Shown here: piece by piece, positions 57,413-64,000 of the stretch | Numbering within the stretch: position 1 is the stretch's first letter | Layout: each line of letters starts with the position of its first letter | Assembly: GCF_048593235.1 (NCBI RefSeq) | Contig: NC_133620.1 | Location: 292,531,765 to 292,595,764, forward strand | Origin: Sminthopsis crassicaudata | Taxonomy: Eukaryota | Length of the DNA stretch: 64,000 bases | Direction: 5' to 3' | Notes under the pieces: generated by a model | Database searches by the model: none | What the model saw: the letters and a program-made list of their open reading frames with translations, nothing else | What the model was told of the DNA's origin: nothing | Position numbers and translations under genes: made by a program

Positions 57413-60400
57413 TCACTCCCTAGGTCGATTCACCATGACTTCACCCAGGGCCTCCAGCACCTCTCTCTTGTAGTCCTCGAAGTCACCATCAATTTGGCTA
57501 ACACTTTGTTCCTCTACCACCCAAAGTTGGCAGTTGGTCTCTGTGATTAGCCGAGCATCATGACTGACGACAATTACAGCTTTTGAAGAAGGTGAAAGAG
57601 GAAAAAAAAAATTAGGACATTGCAAGAGAAAAGTTTGATCCCTATGGGAAACAGGAGATAGAAGGCAGGGCATTTGAAAGGAATTTGCTAAAGAAGGGGA
57701 AGTAGGGTTGTACTAAATAGACTTACCACCCTTATATTCATTGATGGCCTCTCCCAAAGCATCAATAGACTCTATATCCAAGTTGTTGGTTGGTTCATCC
57801 TATGAGAGAAGTGAGAGGATTCCATGGTTTGGTACTCCTAACTTCTATGCATTTCTTTTTCTCCTGTTCTCTTGGCCCCCTCCCTTTCAATATAGTTTAC
57901 TTACCAGTATGAGGACATCTGGTTCACGACAGGCCAGCTCAGCAAACACTACTCTGGCTTTCTGTCCACCTGGGGCAGGAAGAAATGGGAAACAAAGAGG
58001 GTAACCCCCTCATTATCTATCCTCAGAACTGTCTGTCATCTTAAACATCTGGTTTCTCTACAGTATTCAGATTATGTAAATCAGGTTTGTCATGGCCCTT
58101 CCCTTAGGAGATACCTGAGAGTTTGCAGATCTGGATGGTATGAGCATGGCTCTCCAAACCAAATCGCCCTAAACACTTTCTGGCATCCTGATAAGGTAAG
58201 TTGAAGCCCCGTTGTAAATATTCAGTGGCTGTCTCTTCCATACGTAGCTGCTCTGCATACTGCTGATTGAAGAAGCCAATTTTCTACCACAGGAAGAAAA
58301 TATAGTCAGAAAGGAACAGTATTTCTCCCACCAGCCTCTGTAATTCTGAGCCGCCAGTACCAACTTACCAGTCGGTGGTTCTTTCTCATCTCCCCTTGGG
58401 TCTGCACAGAAAAGTAGAACAAAGTGATTAAGATGGAGAAGACAACAATGAAGGTATTAAGGAGATGAAGCTCAAAAAAGTGAGAAGACATTCCCAGGAT
58501 CCTAATCTGGAAAAAGAGTCCAGACCTTCTAAATCCTAGCCTGGGCTCTAATCCACTATACTAATAATTTTTAAAAATTGCTTTTTACCTTTTATGAATT
58601 TAAATACCACAAAACAGCAAATTCCATCACCATACAGAATACAAAGAGAACTATGAAACCATGAATCTAGTTCCTTTACTTTTTTAAAAAAAGATGTATA
58701 AGAAATAAGAGGATTTAGGAAAACATGGAAAGATTTGGACTAATGAAGGAAGATGCTGTCAAACTTCAGAGAAATAGATTATAGGACATAATACATACAG
58801 TCTTACATATGTATATGTATGAGACTATATGTATGAGACTATGTGTGTCTGTTTATAGAAATCTATCTATATGGTACATACATATACCTCCATAGAAAAA
58901 AAAGCAAAGAAAAGCTGGGCACCTTTAAAACAATGTATAGTACTTGATGAAATGGAAATGGTTTTTTCTTTTTACTTTGTATTTAAATTTTAAAATTTAA
59001 AAGAGAAAAGGATATTAATAAACTGCACACCTAAGTTTTAAAAACCATTCTGCTTTTCATCTTTTTTTTTTTTTTGTGAACATTCTTCTGTGCATTTTAA
59101 AATGTTTCCACAGCACTTATTTTGGTTATCACTCTTGTTAGCTCCCCCCTCCACCAAAAAAACCCTTTTTACTATTAAAGAAGGGGATTATAAGTTCTCC
59201 CCTTCTCTCCTTCTGTTTTTAACAAATAATCTACACAGGGGTCATTTCTAAACATGAATATCTCTGAACCTTGAGTCTCTCACCCCTCTGAGTCAGAAGG
59301 TACTTCATCATGGATCATCTGGAGATTAGGTTGGTGATTAATTTTTGACTCCTTCAGAGTTTACTATGTTAATCTCAAGTTTTTCTCTCATACATCCTTA
59401 AGTTCTCACTAAATTTTTGGATGAAATCACCTGTAAATGTTTCGAAACCTTCCCTGTACTTTCTTACCTGTGTAATTCAAGGTAATGGAGTTATATTTAA
59501 ATGTAATTTGTTTTCTGTTATGTATTCTATTAGAATTTGTTATGGGATCTAATTAGTGATAAAAAAAGGAAAGAAAACAAGGGAGGATGATTTTTAAAAA
59601 GCCCAACAAACTATCTTTATCTAAGAATGCTGTTGAGAGAAAAAGAAAAGAGAGAGATGACTCATTAGTTCAGAAGAAAGAGCTTAAGGTCAAAGAGATG
59701 ATGTGGTCATTAATGACAAAAAAGAATACTATAATGTTCAGTAGCATTACACACATAGTTGTACAAGAAAACTAGCAAGTAACTAAAGCTTATGATCCTC
59801 AAAATACAATAAATAAGAAATTAACAATTTCCCCTATAGTTACGCAAATAATATGAAAAGTTTTCTTCAAATAGTAATAATAAATGTAAATCAGCATAAC
59901 ACTCAGGTTTCACCTCATACCCTGCAAATTGGCAAAAATGATAAATTACAGGATTAGTCACTATTGTAAGAAATAGGCATACAGGTGTATTGTTGGTGTT
60001 GTGAATTCAGTGCATTTTGGAAAACAATTTAGAATTATGTAAATAAAGTGACTAAAATATTCATATTTTCGACCCAGAGACTCTATTAGTAGCCAGTAAT
60101 AAGAAAGTTCCCATATCCATCAAAATATTTACAGCAACATGTTTTGAAAGCAAAGAAATTGTTTCCCCCCCTCCCCCCAGGCTGGGGTTAAGTGACTTGC
60201 CCAGGGTCACACAGCTAGGAAGTGTTAAATGTCTGAGATCAAATTTGAACTCTGGTCCTCCGAATTCAGGGCTGGTGCTCTATCCACTGCACCACCTAGC
60301 TGCCCCTAAAGCAAAGAAATTGTTAAGCTCTCTATGAATTAACGCAGAGTGGAAAAGAGTAAAGAAACCCAACAAACATGACTACAATAAAGTAAATAGA

Positions 60401-63400
60401 AAACTATTAAAAACAAAAATAAAAGTCAAAATTTCAAAATGAAAAGCAAGAAGCATGGCTCAAAAAGAGGAAACAGGAAAAGACCACACAAATGTTCTGT
60501 ATCATTTTACATGTATTTTCAAATTTTTTCAATGTACTGCTTCAATTATGCTAATTTTTCTCTTTCCTTTTTTTTTTAAAACTCTCTTACAGAATAGCTC
60601 TCAGAAAGGGAGGAGAAAGGATACTAAGGGGGACAGTATGAAGATGTAAAAAACTGAATAAAAAACAAAGTAAAAATATAACATCTACTCATTTTGTTTG
60701 TATAAATCTCTAGGGAAAATAGGATGAATTAACATACATTTAGAGTAGGGAATTATAAAACTTGCTCAGGGCAAGCAAGCAAACGAATGGGAGAATAAAT
60801 CATTGTTTCACACACTGTATATTCTAAGATTAGTTTATGTGTGGTACAGCAGCTACTTCTGAGAAGTATGTTTCTAGAACTACAACAGAAGAGGGGGAAG
60901 GCATCAGAACTAAGTTTATTACAGCCTTTAAAGGGCCAGGCATTTCCCATTTCCCAATTAGGGCCATCTCTCCCCAGTTAAAGTAAGCTCTTCTAAGGAA
61001 TATTAGGAGAAGGTTTACCTTACCAGTTAAAACTCAAAATAATGGGGTATGCGTGATAGTGTATAGCACTCATACATTAGTTAGGGAGGGAGGGAAAAAC
61101 TGTTGTTAAATCACATTTATGGGACAAAAGAGATTATGGGGTGGTGGCAGTGGAAAAGGATACTTAGCCCTAAGCAAACAATACCTATTAGTAAAAAAAG
61201 TTTTCCTAGAAACATCTATGTTAAGAAAAAAAAAAAACGCCACCAAACTGGTACATTTTCCGTATGGTGAGGACAGGAATATGGAGTTGGATTTGGCCTT
61301 TTAAAAACTGTGCATCATTCAGTAGCAGAGAACTCTGGGAAGACAGATTCCTGTTCACATGGGAAAAGATGGTCAAGATGCCAAGTCTTCTCCACTCTAT
61401 ATCGTTATTTACTTCAAGGTAAATCCTAAAATTTCACATACTAATCATATAATTAAGTCATACTTCACTCCCTCAGTTTTCTTAAATACTAAAAATTGTA
61501 GATAAAGATAAAGGACTGGGCCAATATGAGGATGGAATCCCCAAACTTACTGGAGTCAGCTTTCCTGTGAGCAGAAGCAGCAATGTACTCTTTCCCACAC
61601 CATTGGGCCCTACAATACAGACTGAAAAAAAAAACAAAAAACAAAAAAACAAAAAAAACAAATTCCTAGGGTAGTCTTCCTTTATTTCCCACTTCCATTT
61701 ACCCACAACCTTAGCAGTTCATGTCTTTCTACTCACTCCTTGAATCCATGTCAATTCCAAAGTCCAGGTTCTTGAAGAGTGGCTTCTGTCCCTCATAGCT
61801 AAATGTTACACCTAGGATTAAAAAAGGGGAGAGCCCAATCTTCAACATAAAGAAGAGCCAACTCACTTCCATTTGATCAATGATGGACAGAGGTAGCTAC
61901 ACCCAGAGAAGAAACACTGGGAAATGAATGTAAATTGTTAGCACTACTGTCTATCTACCCAGGTTACATGTACCTTCGGAATCTAATGCCTATTGTACAA
62001 CAAGAAAATGGTATTTACACACATGTATTGTATCTAGGTTATATTGTAACACAAGTAAAATGTATGGGATAGCCTGTCATCGGGGGGAGGGAGTAGAGGA
62101 AGGGGGGGGATAATTTGGAAAAAGGAATACAAGGGATAATATTATAAAAAAATATATAATAAAAAATTTAAAAAAAAAAAAAAAAAAGGGAGGAGAGCCC
62201 AATGGTCCTCACCAAGCTCCTTGGCCTACAAACACAATGAATCAGTCTTGTCTTCAGGCAAATTCTTGAGCAGGTAAAAAGATGTAATCAAGAATCGTTT
62301 TGCTAATCTAGAACTTTGCCCAAAGAGTTATAAAACTGCATACCCTTTGACCCAGCAGTGCTATTAGATGGTCTGTATTCAAACAAAATTTTAAAGGAGG
62401 AAAGAATGTACATGTGCAAAAATGTATGTAGTAGTTCTTTTTGGGGTAGCAAAGAATTGGAAGAGTGGATGCTCATCAATTGGAGAATGGCTGAACAAGC
62501 TGTGGTAAGTGAAAGAAATGGAATATTATTGTGCTATAAAAAATGATGCACAAGTTGATTATAGAAAAGCCATGGAAAAATGCTGAGGGAAACAAGCAGA
62601 ATCAAGGAATAATACATTGTACATAATAACAGCAAGAATGTGTGATGATCAACTATGAAAAGCTTGGTTCTTCTCAATGGTTCCATGATCTGAAGCAATC
62701 CCATAGACTTTGGACAGAAAATGCCATCTGCATCCAGAAAAATATCTAAGGAGACTGAATATAAATCAACACATGCTATGTTCACTTCTTTTTTCTGTTG
62801 CTTTTTTAAAAAAACACTCTCATGGCTTTTCCCTTTTGCTCTGATGTTTATCTCTACATGGTTCATAAAGCAACATGTATTAAGCATAAACTTGCAATTA
62901 AAAAAAAATTTTGCTAACTGGATTTCTTTGTTGCAAGGAGTACTGAATAAAAGGAACAATGGTGTAAAAAACCAAAAGCACAAAAAAAGCAAAACAAAAA
63001 GATAAAATGGCACTGGGAAAGGAAAAGTACTGGTGAGGGGTAGGAGCAGTAAGGAAAGTTTAGGGGTATGTGTAATATATAGTCCTGCCCTATAAGCTCT
63101 CTACTAACCATGCAGTCCCAGCACAGGGGGGCTGAGTGGTGGGGGGTCAGGGAAAGTGAATCGCACAGTATATTCCTTTGGTCGCTTCAAAAGCTCAGGT
63201 GCCTCTTGAGCCTCCTCATCCTGGTTTTTCCGACGGCATTTCTGTTGCTTCCGGGTAAGGGCCTCCTTTGTTTGCTTCTCCTGGAGAGGTTGGGAATGGA
63301 AGCACAAGTATCATGCATGGATCAATCTACAGAGACCTCTGGGCCAATCTTCTTACCCCACCATAGGATAGAATTGTATGTTCATCAAGGATCCCAGCTC

Positions 63401-63874
63401 CTTAAAGGAAAACTCCCTAGTCAGGATTGTTCAACAAAAGCCTAGTGTGCCATCTTGCTCCTGCCCCTGCATCTCACCGCCTGCTTGGTGGACTTGCCCC
63501 CAGCCTTGAGCTCTTTTAGCTTCTTTTCTTGCTTCTCATATTGCTTCAAAAGCTCTTTCTGCTTCTGCTGGTACATCTTTTTAAAGGTCACTATGACAGG
63601 AATGGAAAGTAATAATCAGCAATTGCTTTATAGGGGTCAGCAGAAAGATCCTTTAAGTACTGGTGGTATTACATCATCATTATGCCTTCTTCTCCATCCC
63701 CTTAGTGTTAAAAGTTATCAGGTATATGCCCCCCTCATTCCCTACTTACTATAGTTGCCTCTATAGTAATGGAGTCTCTGGGCATCCAGATGGATAATGT
63801 CAGTACAAACGTCATCTAGGAAGCCCTGGTCATGGGATACAATAAGTAGTGTCTTTCTCCAGCCCTGAAGATAG
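57413..63874 (-). CDS. ABCF1: ATP-binding cassette F1 (ABC50), last 10 coding exons (C-terminal ~353 aa)
   Basis: Exons 63750-63874, 63478-63590, 63109-63280, 61737-61811, 61551-61621, 58369-58401, 58115-58283, 57905-57969, 57727-57799, 57413-57579; in frame. NBD1 H-loop IVSHDQ, linker, NBD2 Walker [10 protein letters not shown], signature LSGGQ, Walker B LILDEPT, VSHD, ends EVMVNRPRE*. Confidence 0.97.
59800..60140 (+). mobile_element. Old L1 ORF2 3' remnant
   Basis: aactcaggtttcacctcataccctgcaaattggcaaaaatg...ttttggaaaacaatttagaattatg...gacccagaga. Confidence 0.65.
60164..60306 (-). mobile_element. WSINE1 SINE with 17-bp TSD and a G-rich tail
   Basis: Near-consensus body at 60181-60306; TSD aaagcaaagaaattgtt at 60147-60163 and 60308-60324. 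Confidence 0.92.
61841..62190 (+). mobile_element. Young 5'-truncated L1 with poly(A) tail and TSD
   Basis: gatcaatgatggacaga...ctacacccagagaag...tgtatctaggttata...aagggataatattata plus long A-tail; GGAGAGCCCAAT on both sides. Confidence 0.85.
62290..62920 (+). mobile_element. Older L1 ORF2 end plus 3'UTR
   Basis: tgcccaaagagttataaaactgcataccctttgacccagcagtg...aattggagaatggctgaacaagctgtgg...atgccatctgcatccaga. Confidence 0.8.
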
Positions 63875-64000
63875 CTTTGTTGGAGACAAAATAAAAACAA
63901 AAACAAAACAAACAAAGGTGGGGCAACTCATCAAACTTCAAATTAAAGAGGAGAGAGCTAAAAGGAAGACAATAGGAAAACGGAAAATTTGGGAGTATCA

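Noticed and set aside
62358-63013. ORFs of 62-159 aa in an ABCF1 intron
   Set aside because: Lie within a decayed L1 ORF2 end and 3'UTR.
57413-64000. miR-877 mirtron known from a eutherian ABCF1 intron
   Set aside because: No GTAGAGGAGATGG-like short intron among the introns present; the host intron should lie upstream, outside the window.

Overview
Eukaryotic genomic DNA from a marsupial, most likely a dasyurid (dunnart/antechinus/devil type), judged from WSINE1 SINEs, Mar1 CORE-SINEs and the L1 3' ends. The window is the MHC 'framework' block, in the gene order known from human 6p21.33 read in reverse: C6orf136 (-, exon 1 only), ATAT1 (-, complete, three alternative C-termini), MRPS18B (-, complete), a bidirectional CpG promoter, PPP1R10/PNUTS (+, 20 exons) and ABCF1 (-, last 10 exons). 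I traced the coding exons by hand; all introns are GT-AG and the spliced frames are open. There is one 150-N gap, and no class I gene, CRISPR array or prokaryotic feature. Most ORF-track entries are repeat or antisense noise. The best leads cluster in PPP1R10, a transcription-termination factor: twin near-identical hairpins displaying poly(A)-signal hexamers early in intron 2 (possible attenuator), two uORFs, the +61 exon-12 acceptor that makes lncRNA-PNUTS in eutherians, a strong downstream donor on exon 17 carrying an in-frame stop, and a 12-nt tandem acceptor. Comparisons to human and other orthologues are recalled from memory, not from a database search, and need checking. No proven new system can be claimed from sequence alone.
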